Positions 1 to 13,019 of a stretch of 64,000 nucleotides of DNA are shown here, one piece after another. The notes under the pieces were generated by a model. That model had not been told where the DNA came from. It saw only the letters and a list, made by a program, of their open reading frames with translations, and ran no database searches. The first letter of the stretch is position 1. Each line of letters starts with the position of its first letter. Both the position numbers and the translations under genes were made by a program. The stretch comes from Rhina ancylostomus (lineage: Eukaryota). The DNA lies in NCBI GenBank assembly GCA_030265395.1, contig JARFYF010000050.1:38344457-38408456 (forward strand). The letters run 5' to 3'.

Positions 1-580
1 ATCACTCTGGTTCCCATCCCCCTGCCAAACTAGTTTAAACCCTCCCCAACAGTTCTAGCAAACCTGCCCGCAAGAATGTTGGTCCCCCTCCAGTTCAGGT
101 GGAACCCGTCCCTTTTGTACAGGTCGTACCTTCCCCAGAAGAGATCCCAACGATCAACAAATCTGAAACCCTGCCCCCTGCACCAGTTCCTCAGCCACAC
201 ATTCATCTGCCAGATCAACCTATTGTTACCCTCACTAGCGCGTGGCACAGGCAGCAATCCAGAGATTACTACCCTTGAAGTTCTGCTTTCCAGCTTCCTA
301 CCTAGCTCCCTTTATTCCCTCTTCAGGATCTCGTTGCTTTTCCTACCTATGTCATTGTACCATAACTTCTGGCTGTTTGCCAGAATGCTGTGGACCCGAT
401 CTGAGACATCCCTGACCCTGGCACCCAGGAGTCTCTTTCGCATCCACAGAGTCTCCTGTCTGCCTTCCTTTACTATAGAATCCCCTATCACTACCACTCT
501 CCTCTTCTACCCCCTTCCCTTCTGTACCACACACCAGGCTCAGTGCCAGAGACCTGGTCAATGCGGCTTTCCCCGGTAGG
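1..580 (-). mobile_element. CR1 LINE ORF1 fragment (SGNH/GDSL esterase domain), frameshifted
   Basis: Minus-strand ORFs give VIGDSIV, GARVRDVSDRV and WLRNWCRGQGFRFVDRWDLFWGRYDLYKRDGFHLNWRGTNILAGRF, typical of the CR1 ORF1 esterase. Confidence 0.85.
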
Positions 581-792
581 TTGTTCCCACACCGGATGTC
601 ACAGGTGGCTGGAATAGCAAGGTTTGTCTTCCAGATCTGGAACTGTTTGATTTCTTAATTTTCCCTTTTGTTTGGCAAAAGAGTTCTGAATATGAGCTGT
701 GTTCCCTGCATGCTGCCTGATTGGACAACTCCATGCCCCATACAGTCTGTGGTGAGGCACTCAAACTCTGCTCTGCTCTGTTCTCTCGACAG

Positions 793-1057
793 ATATTCAC
801 ACTCCCGAAAGTCAGCACAAAAACCAAGCTGAAGCTGACGGCACTAGAAGGGTCCCGGGTGCGGAAAGTGTCAGTGGCCAATTTCAACAGCAGTCGTGCA
901 GAGGATTACAGTGAGAATGGGCTCCTGGTGCTGACCAATCTTGGCGATGTCCAGGTTATCTCTCTCCCGACCCTTAGAAATCAAGTTCGGTATGAGTGCA
1001 TCAGGAAAGAGGACGTCAGTGGAATTGCATCCTGCGTCTTCACAAAGTCTGGCCAAG
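793..1057 (+). CDS. LLGL2: LLGL2 (lethal giant larvae homolog 2), internal coding exon
   Basis: AG at 791-792, GT at 1058. Encodes [31 protein letters not shown]...[13 protein letters not shown]...[20 protein letters not shown](G), matching the LLGL C-terminal region. Confidence 0.95.
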
Positions 1058-1524
1058 GTAGGGGCTGGAATATCAGCTGCTGTCTGTGGTGCACTCGGTT
1101 GGGTTTGAGCACGAACTGGAAACTGGAATTATAAGTGAGATGATAATCGTATTAATGTACAATGGTTCAACCAAACTGGAAACTTTGTCAAAGCACAATG
1201 TTTAATAGAATTCATTAACCCTTTGGTGACAATTTTTTAAAAGTGAAAATGGATTGAACATTTATTGCCAATTTGCAAATTGACAAGTTATCTATAACCC
1301 TTCTGGAGGACTGAAAATGCATAAAGCTGTGGTCTGCATCTTAACCCGAACCTTCCAGTGAATCCAAACAACTTCCCTCGCCATGCTGAATATGGCCTCC
1401 TTCCCCCTGAATTCCCCCAGCTCCCCTTCACCCTGAACCTGCTGAGCTCTCTCCCTCTGGCAGATTCACACACAGATGACAGTAATAAACTTTCCTACTG
1501 ACCAAAGCTCACTTGCTTTTTCAG

Positions 1525-1684
1525 GTTTTTATCTCATCTCTCCTTCTGAGTTTGAGAGGTTTTCTGTTTCCTCAAAGTGGGTGGTGGAGCCAAGGTGTGT
1601 CATTGACATTGATGAGGGGTTAGGAACCAGGACATGCCAACAGAAGATACCGCAAGACGGACCCATCACAAAACCCAACTCCGG
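1525..1684 (+). CDS. LLGL2: LLGL2 coding exon
   Basis: tttttcag acceptor, GTAAGC donor, phase 1 consistent with the previous exon. Encodes GFYLISPSEFERFSVSSKWVVEPRC...PNSG. Confidence 0.95.
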
Positions 1685-2285
1685 GTAAGCTTTCTGCGTG
1701 TGGCCAACTCGATACACTGTCTTAGTAACTCGCTGGTTTGTTCAGTCGTGCTTTTCCTCTCACTTAAGTGGTTGCACTCCGAGTGTGAGAACCTGTTAGG
1801 TATTGTGCTGTGTGGCATTTCCCTAATGAAGGACGAGTGCCCTAAGGAAGAATTATTCAGTACTGATTGAGGTGCCACTGTCTGGAGTTGTCTAACCATA
1901 CTTGAGGCAGAGCTCCAGCTGAATCTGTTCTTGTGCTGAGAACAAGATTATACCATGAACTGTTCCATTGGACTTGTTAGCTGCTAGTTAAATAGTAGTG
2001 GAGAGCTCTCAGCACATTGCAGGATCAGGGAGATCATCCTCCAGTCAGCACCAGCAGCTCATACATCTCTGCTGTGTTCTGATGTCACTGACTGTAAGTT
2101 GAGAAAGATATTTAAATGCAAGTTATTTACTGTTCAAAATGCCCTAATGACTTGCACCTGCAGATGAGTAACTCTTGCCCATGTGCTCGGTGAGGGCTCC
2201 AACCCACTCCCATTGAATCTGACGAATACGTCAGATTGGAGATGGTCACTCTTTAATAGAATGTTGTTGTGCTGTTGATTCACAG

Positions 2286-2353
2286 GGACATGATGCAGTC
2301 ACAGCAGAAGTACGGATTGAACAGGCAGGCCAGCATTGGGAGTGAGGGTGACG
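2286..2353 (+). CDS. LLGL2: LLGL2 short coding exon (inferred)
   Basis: cacag acceptor and strong G|GTAAGT donor. The 68-nt length supplies the phase 2 to phase 1 change needed between the flanking exons. Open frame DMMQSQQKYGLNRQASIGSEGD. Confidence 0.65.
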
Positions 2354-2989
2354 GTAAGTCGATCTGAAGTTCATTAATAACTGGTAAAAGACATCTCCTT
2401 CGACACCCTTATGGGCACTGTGTTCACCTGCAAGTTTGGACTCCTGACCTCTATGTGGCTGGCTATTGATCAGGCCTGGTAATTCACTGTAGCATCCTTT
2501 GGAACAATTGTTCCAAACTAATTCATCACATACTAGATAACTCTCAGGATTTCCCTGCGGCAATTATACTGACCCATTGTACAGCTCTGGCCTTATTACA
2601 GTGTTGGTATAATTGCTCAGACATAGATTACCCAGTGCTGGTGTCCAATGTCATTCTAGAACACCTTTATAAAGTTTTTGATTCATTGCAACTGTTGTAT
2701 GTTCTGTAAGCACAGGTCACTCATGAGTTCACTGTCACTGAACTGTGCCAGACTCCTGGGATAGGTTTCAAAGTAAGGCATACTAATTGCTTAAAATAAA
2801 TTGTACTAATTGTTGCCTATTGTGATAATTTCTATAAATATTAATACCAAGAGAGTAGGATTATTTGATTATTGAAAGGTCGCCACTTCCAAAATGGGGG
2901 ACTTCATATTTAATACTTTGGAGAATTCTCGTGTTTGCTTACAAGATGAGAGTGAGTGGTTTGGCACATGGGGATAACTTGCAATGGTC

Positions 2990-3160
2990 AATTAATGTAG
3001 CAGCCCACGTGTCGTTGGGATGTGGAACAAAACTGGAGCATTCAGAAGGAAGCACCAAACAGTTCACAGGGAGAATATGTAAGCCCCACACAGACAGCAG
3101 CCAAGGTCAGGACTGAACCCCGGTCTCTGGGGCGGTGAAGCAGCAGCACTACCTGCTGCA
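2990..3160 (-). mobile_element. Degenerate V-SINE/HE1-like SINE
   Basis: Diverged copy of the element at 11313-11540 (tgggatgtggaacaaaactggagca...gggagaatatgtaagccccacacagacagc). Confidence 0.55.
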
Positions 3161-3251
3161 GAAAATTCAACAGACTACAGTGAGCCATAATATTGAATGA
3201 TATTATACAGTGTCTGGTACTTTAGATTGATCTGGCATTAATATCTTCCAG

Positions 3252-3296
3252 GGAAGAAGGCGGAGATCATGGAACATGCATTGCTCAACGATGAGA
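3252..3296 (+). CDS. LLGL2: LLGL2 coding exon
   Basis: ttccag acceptor, GTAAGT donor. Encodes GKKAEIMEHALLNDE, like the LLGL2 tail MERALLSDE. Confidence 0.85.
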
Positions 3297-3450
3297 GTAA
3301 GTTCTGTCACTCAGTCTTCCAGGTGTCTCTGATCTCTGCAGTTGTATGGATGTGTAACATGCCTCTGAGGGTGGGGTACAGGGGATGTAAACAGGTCTGG
3401 ATGCAAGGGCAGGCGTTGAATTTGATTTTTCTGGACTCTTATTTTCCCAG

Positions 3451-3508
3451 GAGTTCTACTGGAAATTCAGAGCACACTGGAATCTGAATCGGCTTCAGCT
3501 GACAGACT
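3451..3508 (+). CDS. LLGL2: LLGL2 coding exon
   Basis: ttttcccag acceptor, GTAGGT donor. Encodes RVLLEIQSTLESESASADR, like LLGL2 RVLKEIQSTLE. Confidence 0.85.
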
Positions 3509-3728
3509 GTAGGTATTGTTGGAGGGTGTAGTGGGTAGGGTACGGTGGGCGGGGTGGTGAGGGGGAGGCTGGGAGCACTGGTGAAGGGTGGTGGCGGGGT
3601 TGTGAGTGACAAGATTCTTGATGCTGTTCCAGCTTAATGTGTAGGGGCATGGGGGTGACATTGCAGTGAGTTTTATTAGTATTGCTGTCACTGCAGGTAG
3701 AAGGGATTGATGTGACTCTCTGTTGCAG

Positions 3729-3805
3729 GAGCTTTGGACATCTAAACAGGAACTCTAAGAACGTGGCTGGGGTACAGTCCCAGGGCCAAAGAATGATTAA
3801 TGGAG
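3729..3805 (+). CDS. LLGL2: LLGL2 penultimate coding exon
   Basis: tgttgcag acceptor, GTGGGT donor, phase consistent. Encodes SFGHLNRNSKNVAGVQSQGQRMING, ending like the LLGL2 ..SNGG tail. Confidence 0.7.
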
Positions 3806-5950
3806 GTGGGTACCATCAGTACATCACTTCCTTGTGCACACTATGGAAGTTAGCTTGGAGTTAAACGGTTTCTCAATGTTTGGATAATAGTTGTGGTGCA
3901 TGTCCCACTAGAGTCTAACACCTCCCCTTAATCGCCCACCATCAACCTCTGCAGCTCATAATTGACCAGAAATGACTGGGACGGATCAAAATTCCTGTTA
4001 TCAACAAGGTGCAAGTCAAGAATGTGATGAAATACCTTGTCCTGTGGCTGGGCCAGGGCACCCTTCGTGACTGAAGTTGATGCATGTCGGACAAAGCAGG
4101 CCATTTGATTGGCAGCTCACTAAGCTTTGAATATGCTCTCCCTCCGCATATGGTGCAGCTTGGTGGCAGCGCATACCACCCTTGTAGTGCACCAACTTGC
4201 CAAAGCTGCTTTGCTAGCGTCTCCCCAGAACTCTGACCTCTGTAGGCTAGAGGTACAGGGTAGCAGGCACATTGAAAACCTCTGCAAGTTCCCTGCCAAA
4301 TCGTGCATTGCCCTTGCTTGTAGATGTGTTGTTCCAGCATTGCCACTGAGTCAACATCTCAGAACTATCAACCACACATTTGGGTGGCACCAGTTCAAGA
4401 ATGTGACTCATCACCACCTTTTGAGCCCAGTTATGAATCGGTAGAGGAGAGAGGCCTTGACAAATGCCCTCAAAGTTATTGAACTTCTTTAAAAAGCCTT
4501 AACACGCCTCCCCAGATAGTTGAGTAGTATTTTAATTTGCAGGGAAATGGGCATCAGTGGCAAGGCCAGTGTTTATTGTCCACTCTAATCCCTCTGGAGA
4601 AGGTGGCGGTGAGCTGCCACCTGAACTGTTGCAGCCGCTCTGCTGCATTGTTAGGCAGGGAGCTCCATCACTTGAACTGGGCATTGATGAAGGAATGGTA
4701 GGCTACTTACAGNNNNNNNNNNNNNNNNNNNNNNNNNNNNNNNNNNNNNNNNNNNNNNNNNNNNNNNNNNNNNNNNNNNNNNNNNNNNNNNNNNNNNNNN
4801 NNNNNNNNNNNNNNNNNNNNNNNNNNNNNTGCTGACCTTTTTTAGGGTCACACCATTCATAATCTCACCAATACAATCCATTCAATACTTTTGTCATTGC
4901 CAGCCATTCCAAATGACTGGTACTCATGCTGAGAATGTGCAGTCCACAGCTTGGCTTTCTAGGCACAAAAGGTTTCCATTAAAGGCCATTCGCACCTCCT
5001 TTACTAAATATTAGCAGCCTTCCACTGACCATGCTGCAGACTCCGGAATGGCATGGTGTAGAAGCAGAGGCTGGGAAACAAGCATCTGGATGGCAGACTC
5101 AAAGGGAAGGAACTAAGGAAATTAATTGGTCTTTGTACAGCATTCGGCTTGTTTTGATTTATATGTTTGGTGTAGGACATTGGTTTTGTGTTTGCATTTA
5201 GTTGAGCATTGTGGTCAAGCAGATCCCACAGAAAGATGGGAACTGCTGGTGAATGGGGAATTGAGATTATGCTTTTGGGTAACTCAGACTGGTGAGTTGG
5301 TCATAAACAGCGCAGTAAGAAACAAAACCATCTAAGTTGCCCTTCCTCCTTCCCCTTTTCCTGCTCTGCACCAACTCTCAGCTTAGTCGATGCGAAAGCC
5401 TGAGCCCTCCTGATGGTGAGGTTGTGAAGCGTACAACAGACCACAGTGAATCTTGAGACTTGCTCTGCTGAGCATTGCAGTGCTCCTCCAGAGTGATATA
5501 AGCAAGAGAAATGTTTGAGCGCTCCTGTGGTCTGTTCTGTAAGATAGGGGGTGGCAGCAAGGCATTTGATTTATGCATGTGGCCTTCATGTCGATTCAAG
5601 GGCCCTGTGGTCAGTGGAATGCCCCCTTCACCTAGCAGCCTCCCTTTGGTTTGCCCTGGTGGTTGAATACAGCTGGCACAGCAGACAGCCACAGAATGAA
5701 GCATGATGACTGGTACTAGAATACGAAGGAGAGATCACCTGAAGGGTCTCGACCCGAAACATCGACTGTTCACTTCCCTCCACAGATGCTGCCTGACCTG
5801 CTGAGTTCCTCCAGCATCTTCCCCCTGTGTGTGTGTGTTGCTCCAGATTTCCAGCATCTGGTGTCTCCGTCCTGTGTTTTAGCTGCTTTATTACCTGTTC
5901 AGTGAAAGGTTTATAGTGAGTGTTTGTCTTTAACTGTTACTCTCTATCAG

Positions 5951-5955
5951 ATTGA
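5951..5955 (+). CDS. LLGL2: LLGL2 terminal exon coding part (Asp-stop), followed by 3'UTR
   Basis: Pyrimidine tract and tctctatcag acceptor, then G|AT TGA. An AT-rich UTR-like sequence follows to an AATAAA at 6529. Confidence 0.55.
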
Positions 5956-6528
5956 TGGTGACAGATACTGACGGGAGCACTCGGTGTGCTTTGTGCCATA
6001 ACACTACACCTTATACCATTGGACAAGGGGTGGCTGTTGAGGAAGAAGGCAGCTCCCAGAATCAGACTGTAACAAGGGGAGATGCCAGCTCGTCTAGTGC
6101 CTAATTCACTATGCTTCAGCCCTCTGATGGAATACTTTCCTCATTTCTTTTCCCTGTCTCTTTGCACAGTCACTGGAAAATGATGGATTTTAAATAACTT
6201 CCTGGGTGCAAATAGTTTTAATAGGGGAGCTTTATACCACTATGACTTTTCTATGGTTTTAGATATTTCTAAGGGAGTTAAACTTTGAATGAAAATGAAA
6301 ATTTAGAATTTTTTTAAATTACAGAACATTTAGTGATATTTAATATATGTATAATTTAGTTTCTGGTGGCTGCTGTTATTGTTTTACTATGTGTAGTAAA
6401 CATTGAGGAAATATTTTCATACTTACAGATGGTTTTAGTGAGTAAAAAGGTGCTCCCTTGGAGTCTATTTTTGTAGCCAATCGTGTCATTAAAAATGTAA
6501 TGAGATGCCATTGTAAACACTACAGACC

Positions 6529-6534
6529 AATAAA
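6529..6534 (+). terminator. Putative LLGL2 polyadenylation signal
   Basis: AATAAA about 570 nt after the inferred stop codon. Confidence 0.5.
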
Positions 6535-7049
6535 TTAAACCACTTTCACAATGAACCAAAGTCTGTCTGCCCAATCTATTACAGGTGGGGTTCATCTGTG
6601 AGAGCCACAGTGGTGAGGAAGGGGACTAGGGCAAGGGGATTATCTACAGAACTGGCATTACCAGTTTCACAGTCTAAATGACCAATTGTGTTGTTGGTCA
6701 AATAGCATCTGAGGGGGAAATGGTTAAAGCAACATCGTGCCATTGGGTGTGTAACATTAAAATCTGCTTTCCCTGGTGTTGGAGAAGCCAGTCATGGTGC
6801 AGAAAGATCTGCTGCCTGCACCCTTCATTCATTCCTGGAGACAATTTGCAGAAAGAAACAACACAACTCGTTCCACTGAAACGGAGATGGTCATAAACGG
6901 TAAGAAAAACAAGCTCCTCTTGCAAGTCGTGTGTGGCTGGAATTTGGACCCAATTTCATGAAAGTCATTCTGGGTTCTCTGTAAACTTGGAATCTGCACA
7001 AGAACAATGAAGAATTGCTTGTTATTATCCAAGCAGTAACCTTGATTCA

Positions 7050-7650
7050 TCTATAAGGAAACCCAGGTCCCTTTGAATACCAACACCTTTCAGTCTTGCC
7101 ATTTAAAAAAGATAGCCCTGTCAATTCTTTTCTACCTAAGTGGATGGCCTCACATTTTTCCCCACTTCATACTCCATCTGCCATGTCCTTATTACCATTT
7201 ATATCCCTGGATGCTCCTCTCAAACCACACTGGCATCCAGTTTTGTAGCATCGGCAAATTTGGAGACATTACACTCTCTCCTTATCCAAATCCTTGATGT
7301 AGGTTGTGAAGAGCAGGTGCCCCAGTACTGATCCCTGCAGCACCTCACTCATCACAGCTTCCCAGCCCAATTATGCTCAGTTTGTTCTTGCTGTTTCCTG
7401 TCCATCCTCCAGCTGTGGATCTGTGCCAGCATTGTACCCTGCCCCTTTATACTCTAAACTGGTTTAATCTCTGCTGTGACGACCTGGATAACCAAATACA
7501 CCAAGTGGTTTGCCCTTATTCTGATGGTTAAAACCAGAAGAAAGAAAATCCACAGATTTGTCGAACAACCTGCGTTTCTTAAATCATGTTGATTTTGCCT
7601 GATCCTTAATGCCATGTTACCATTTAATAGGTTCCAGCATTCCTTCCAGA
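7050..7650 (-). mobile_element. Degraded CR1 LINE ORF2 fragment
   Basis: Reverse complement resembles the CR1 RT region (GVPQGSVLG-like ccccagtactgatccctgcagcacc; KFADD-like tgtagcatcggcaaattt). Confidence 0.55.
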
Positions 7651-7869
7651 CTGTTGAGCAAGTCCTCCAACTTTAAGTAACTTGCTTGTTCTGCCACTTC
7701 TGCTCCAAGTTCTCCACTTCTGAAGTTAGCTCAGGCTTTCACTCGCCTTTTTAGTGCAGTCTGATCTGCTCGGTGTGTCCATGACACACCATGAGCAACA
7801 CAACACAGACAAAGCCATAATCACAGAGTCCCTATTAACGTGGGGAAGGGGGTGGGGAAGGGGGTTCCT

Positions 7870-10400
7870 ATCTATCCCTTTCTCTGCAACTTAAAACCAC
7901 CTTTTCCCTTTCCCAATTTTGATGAAGGGTCTTTGAGATAAAAGCGTTAACTTTGTTTCCACAGATGCTGCTTGTGTGTCTCATTTTGGATGCCCTGCAT
8001 CTAGTTGCATTCACTATCACTTCTCCAGGAATACCAGCCATGAAGGTCTCCCCTCTGGTGGGATTTCCACCTGCCTCCTTTGCCTCGTTCACCCTCGGTA
8101 GCTTCTCTTTCCCTTGTCTCCAGTGAGCTTTTGACCAAAACCTGTTCCCACATCTTGTTCCTCAGCAAATGTCTCTGGCTCATCCCTTGTGGATCTCAAC
8201 TCAAATTCCACCCTTTCCAATTCAAACCCACCCAGGATCACTGGTTGGTACATTCAGACTGTCCAGCATGTCTCAAGGCAGTAATCTCATCACCTCCTGA
8301 GATCCATGCTTTGTGCCATGCATCAGCACGTGCATATTCTTGACCCTTCTCCCAACAACACTCGCTTTGCCTAAAGCTTTAGTGATCTGTAGTTCCACTT
8401 TATCCTTTGCCACGTTCACTGCTGCAACAACTTTCTTCATTCAGATGTCAAAGGGTCGCAGCTCTCGAACTCCAATACTCCAGATTGTTCCTTCACATTT
8501 CTGACCCCCATCTCTCCCCACCATTTCCACCCCTGCCGTGTTTCAGTGTGTTCACTGTGTTTTCACAATCACTCTAACCTTCCCCACTCTAATCCCAAAC
8601 TCTCTCCGCAGCAGAGCCCTCGGACAAGTTCCCAGATATCCTCCTTTTAATTAGTTTTGAGCCTGGCATGACTGTGAACTCTCCTTCCACTGTCTCCGCC
8701 TCTCTGCCCCATTTCTGTGGTCCGGAGTCTTCAACCAAGACTCTGAACACTTTCTCCCATCTCCAGTATTCCTGATCCACCTGGATTTAGACCTCCTCCC
8801 TCTGGCCTGTTACCCTCTCTATATCTATTGATCAACTGTTGACCAGCCCAATCCTTCCACTGCCTTCACTCATTTAGCCCTTTTCATAACTTGCACCACT
8901 CATCTAGGAACCAATATGGAGATCATCAAACATGCTCCTTGAGACACCCTGGTCCACTCTTCAACCCGACCAGTCACTCTCCATCATGCAGCACTTTCCC
9001 ATACAACCACAGGTGATGCAACACCACCCTTCCACCTCTTCCCTTCCCACCACAGAGGGACCCAAAAAGTCTTCTGGAGTGAAGCATTGATTCACCTGCA
9101 CTTCCCTGCTAGTGGACTCCATTCAGAATTTGTTGTGGTTTACTGAGATTTTAAAATAACCAGGAGACACAGAAGATCCTCTAAGAAATTAAACTTATAT
9201 TTGCAAACAAAAGCTGTGACAGGCAGCCAGCCACTAATCACCCTCTGATCACTGCTCTCTCCGACTGCCCCCGAGCACAACTTGTGGGCCTTTTTTTAAT
9301 ACCTTTTTCATAGCTCAATGACATTATCACAATCCATTATGTACTTCACAGCTTCGCCCTTCAACCATTTGCCTCCTTTCACTGTTGTTTCCTGACCCTC
9401 AACCATTTGTCTTTCGTCACAGTCATTTCCTGACTCAGTCATGGGTGCCCCAATTATTTATGGGCGTTAGGAGTACTGGTACTAGGCTAATTAGCTACAA
9501 GGCTATCAGTTACAGTGTTGCTGTAAAATCATTAGTCACACTAGCTACAATAGATCAACAGTGTCTTTGAGCTAACTATCTATTTAATGAGCTACAATAG
9601 ATCAAAAGTATCCCCCTAGGAATGAGTTGACCATCTGTTTGATTGGCTACATGTTTCCCGCACTAGGAGTTTCCCGTGCTCGGGCTGGAGAAGGATGAGA
9701 CCCAGTGGCCATCCTAGACACAGACAATGAATAAAAAAGTGTACAGCCTCTATTTTCTATATGTTCAATGTGTGGTCTCCCCTACACTGGGGAAACCAGA
9801 TACAGACTGGGTGAACGCTCTGGAGCACCTGCATTCAGTCTGCACGCGATTGTGAGCTTGGTTGTCCATCACATTCAGTCTCCGTTCTGCTCTGACCTAT
9901 CCGTGTCCTCCTGCACTACAATGCTTGAGGAACGACACCTTGCCTTCCATCTGGGCACACTGCAGTCTGCAGGACTCCAGCTCCATCTCTGGGTAACTTG
10001 CTTGTTTTTGTGTCAGTATCAGAACGAGCCATCTCTGCCTGTCATCCACCTGTGACTTTGGACTGGTTTGTCTCTCTCTGTTTAGTACAGCCTGACCTGC
10101 AGGGCATATCCTACAGCCCTACTAATAGCAAAGCATAACACAGACAAAAGCACAATTACCTCCAATTGCCCCATTTACCATTTCACTGGGCCTCTTATCA
10201 CAAGCGTTTCCTTGATCCTGTCCTTTCCTCCCACCACCTCCCCTGCAACTTAAAACTACTGTTTACATCTCCCTTTCCTAGCGAAGGGTCACTGACCTGA
10301 AATGGTAACTGTTTCTCCACAGATGCTGTCTGACCTGAGTCTTTCCGGCATTTTCCATTTTTATTCAGATTTCCAACATCTGCAGTTTTGTTGATTTTCA
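7870..10400 (+). mobile_element. Degraded Penelope-like element, interrupted by an LTR-like insert
   Basis: GIY-YIG endonuclease remnant CGLPYTGETRYRLGER (9768 ORF) and LEERHLAFHLGTLQ tail. Terminal hammerhead-type repeat copies near 7920 and 10280. Confidence 0.7.
9131..9745 (-). mobile_element. Probable solo LTR inserted in the Penelope remnant
   Basis: TG...CA ends. The reverse strand shows a TATA-like GGTATTAAAAAAA and a U5-like tail. It interrupts the Penelope sequence. No target-site duplication found. Confidence 0.4.
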
Positions 10401-11312
10401 TTTTGGTGTCAGGTGTTTATACCTCTGTTTTCTGTCCCTGCTTTTCCTTAAGTAGTAGGATCGATCTTGGATTGGTACGTTGCAGTTTGTTGGCAGCATT
10501 CTAGAATCTCATTCACTAGAGACCTGGTGTTCTCCACTACTTCCATTCTACCATGTCTTCCATGAAGACTGATACAATATTTACTTTCTCTGCCATTTCT
10601 TTATTCTCCAGCTCAACTTCTCCTGTACGGGATCCATATTACTCTTTGCTGTCGTTCGGCATATCTATAAAGTGTTTTTCTGAAGAGGTTACCCTTACTT
10701 TCTCGTATCTTGGTCACCCTTCGCTGAGCTTTGAAATTTTCCCATTTAATCTTCTTTTGGCAACCTTTGATCTGATACCATCTCTGACTTGTTAGCCACG
10801 GTTGGACCACTTTCGCTGCTGGGCCTTTGTAAAATATAAATTCTTTAAATGGAGACGCGAGAGACTGCCGATGTTAAAACCAACTGCTGGAGGAACTCAG
10901 CGGGTTGAGCAGCATCTGTAGAGGGAAAGGAATTATCGATGCTTCTAGTTGAAACCCTGCATCAGGGCTGAGTGGAGAGGTGAGGTGACTGGTATAACGA
11001 GGAGGGGCAGCAGCAGCCAGCTGGGAGGAGTGGAGTTGGGAGGCAGAGTTCCTCACTCTAATTTCTTTCAAAGGTCAACTGTAAATGAGCAGGGGCTAAT
11101 ATTTAATGTGGTCTTCCCAACTTGCCCCACATGCTTCCATGATTCGCCTTGTTTCAATTTAAACCCCCACTTCCAATCCACCAAGGGCACCCCTCCCCCA
11201 AACCCCTTAATTTCCAGATTACTATTTTTGTAAATTGTACGGTGCCCGAGACACAAGTGCCCTGGGGATGTTTCACTTCTGGGTCAGGGGTTCAAATTAA
11301 ATTTTATTTCCA

Positions 11313-11540
11313 GTGTGGTAACAGGCCCTTCTGGCCCAGCGAGTCTGCACTGCCCATTTTAAACCCACATTAACCTACCCATGCATCTTTGGAATGTGGG
11401 AGGAAACCGGAGCACCCGGAGGAAACCCATGCAGACGGGGGAGAACGTACAAACTCCTTACAGGCAGCGATGGGAATCAAACCCGGGTCGCTGGTGCTGT
11501 AATAGCATCGCGCGAACCGCTACACTACTGTGCCGCCCAC
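11313..11540 (-). mobile_element. V-SINE (HE1-like tRNA-derived SINE)
   Basis: Reverse strand has a tRNA-like head with A/B boxes (tagtgtagcggt...gggtttgattccc), then the V-domain ggagtttgtacgttctcccc...gggtttcctccgggtgctccggtttcctcccaca. Confidence 0.85.
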
Positions 11541-13019
11541 GGTTCAGATCACGGTATGGCACGGTAGGGATCAGGAGGCTCAGGGGTATCTGGGTGGGAG
11601 AGCAAGGGTAAACCAGGGCTTGGTGAAGGGGATTGAGAACGAGGTTGAATTCAGGTTGAAAAACCCAACGATACNNNNNNNNNNNNNNNNNNNNNNNNNN
11701 NNNNNNNNNNNNNNNNNNNNNNNNNNNNNNNNNNNNNNNNNNNNNNNNNNNNNNNNNNNNNNNNNNNNNNNNNNTGCTCCAAATTCCAGTATCTGACATC
11801 TCTTGTGTCTCCCGAGATCTTAAATAATTACTGAGCAACAAATTCTTCAAAGTTCTGTACTCCAAACAGAAAGGTAGCTGAAGATGCAAGGAAAGCTAAG
11901 ATTTTGGGCATTATACAGTGAGAGCATGGGGTTGTAGGGTGCCGTGAAGTGTTGGCCCCTTAAATAGCAAAGCTTCAGTACAAGCAGCGCAGTAAACCCT
12001 GCTTGCTCTGTGGGTAAATAACAAACATTGCTTTTCAAACCAGTGAAGTTGAAAGTCACATTAGCGATGAATTCTGGGCATTGCACAATTGGTGATATCA
12101 CTTGGGGAAATTTTACTGCAGAAAAATGTATCTAGTCCTTGCATGAATCCCCCCCAGAAAGTCAGGTGTTGAATTTCCGACTAGGCATTAGGGCCTAGAA
12201 ATGGTCGCAATGTTGTTCTCTTCCAGGTTAAGCTCGTTTCCAAGCATCATTACGTTGAGTGAAGGAATTTCTGGGCCAACATTTTTGGTCAATGACTTTC
12301 ATCAGAACTGGGAACTACGAGAGATCAACAGGTTTTAAGAAGTAGAGGAAGGGAGGGAGGGGAAGAAAGAACACAGGGGAAGTCTGCCTTGGGGCAGGTG
12401 ACAGAAGAGGTTCAATACCAAAAGGGGTGACAGTGCAAGGTGAAAGAGGGTGATAGTGGGTACATAAAGAAACAAAAGGTTAGTCTAAAGAAGATAGGCA
12501 CCTAGAAAGGGAATTAGGGGAATGGGGACAGAGTTAGGGACTTGCTGGTTTGGGGGACTGAAGAAGATTGGGCAACAAGGTAAGAGTTGTAAAATGGAGG
12601 GTAGTGCAAGAAATAGGACCTGGGTGAGTTTGTTTGTCTGTGTCCATGTGTCTATGTGTGCTTGGAGTGTGTTTTCGTCCACAGATGTGCAGCAGAGCCT
12701 AGTCTCCAATTATCTTGACCCCTTAGACATTGGACCAAGATCCCACTCTGTCAATACTGTACAGTAGATGTTTTGTAATGGCAACCCCACCTTAAAAGAA
12801 CTCAAAGGCACATCCTCCACTTCTCAGAATTGAAGTGGAAGCAAGTTACTCATGATCCCTAGGGACTGCTTAAGAAGTAAAAGAAATGGAAAAATCAAAT
12901 GAATTATCTGATGTTAGCAAAATAACAAATGTAATGTTGGAAATCTGATATAGAAGAATATTAAATCTGGAAAGCTGTAATTTGCTTTCGTGCACACAGT
13001 TAAGAAATGGTCAGAAAAC

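Noticed and set aside
11460-11540. tRNA gene
   Set aside because: It is the tRNA-derived head of a V-SINE, with no complete cloverleaf.
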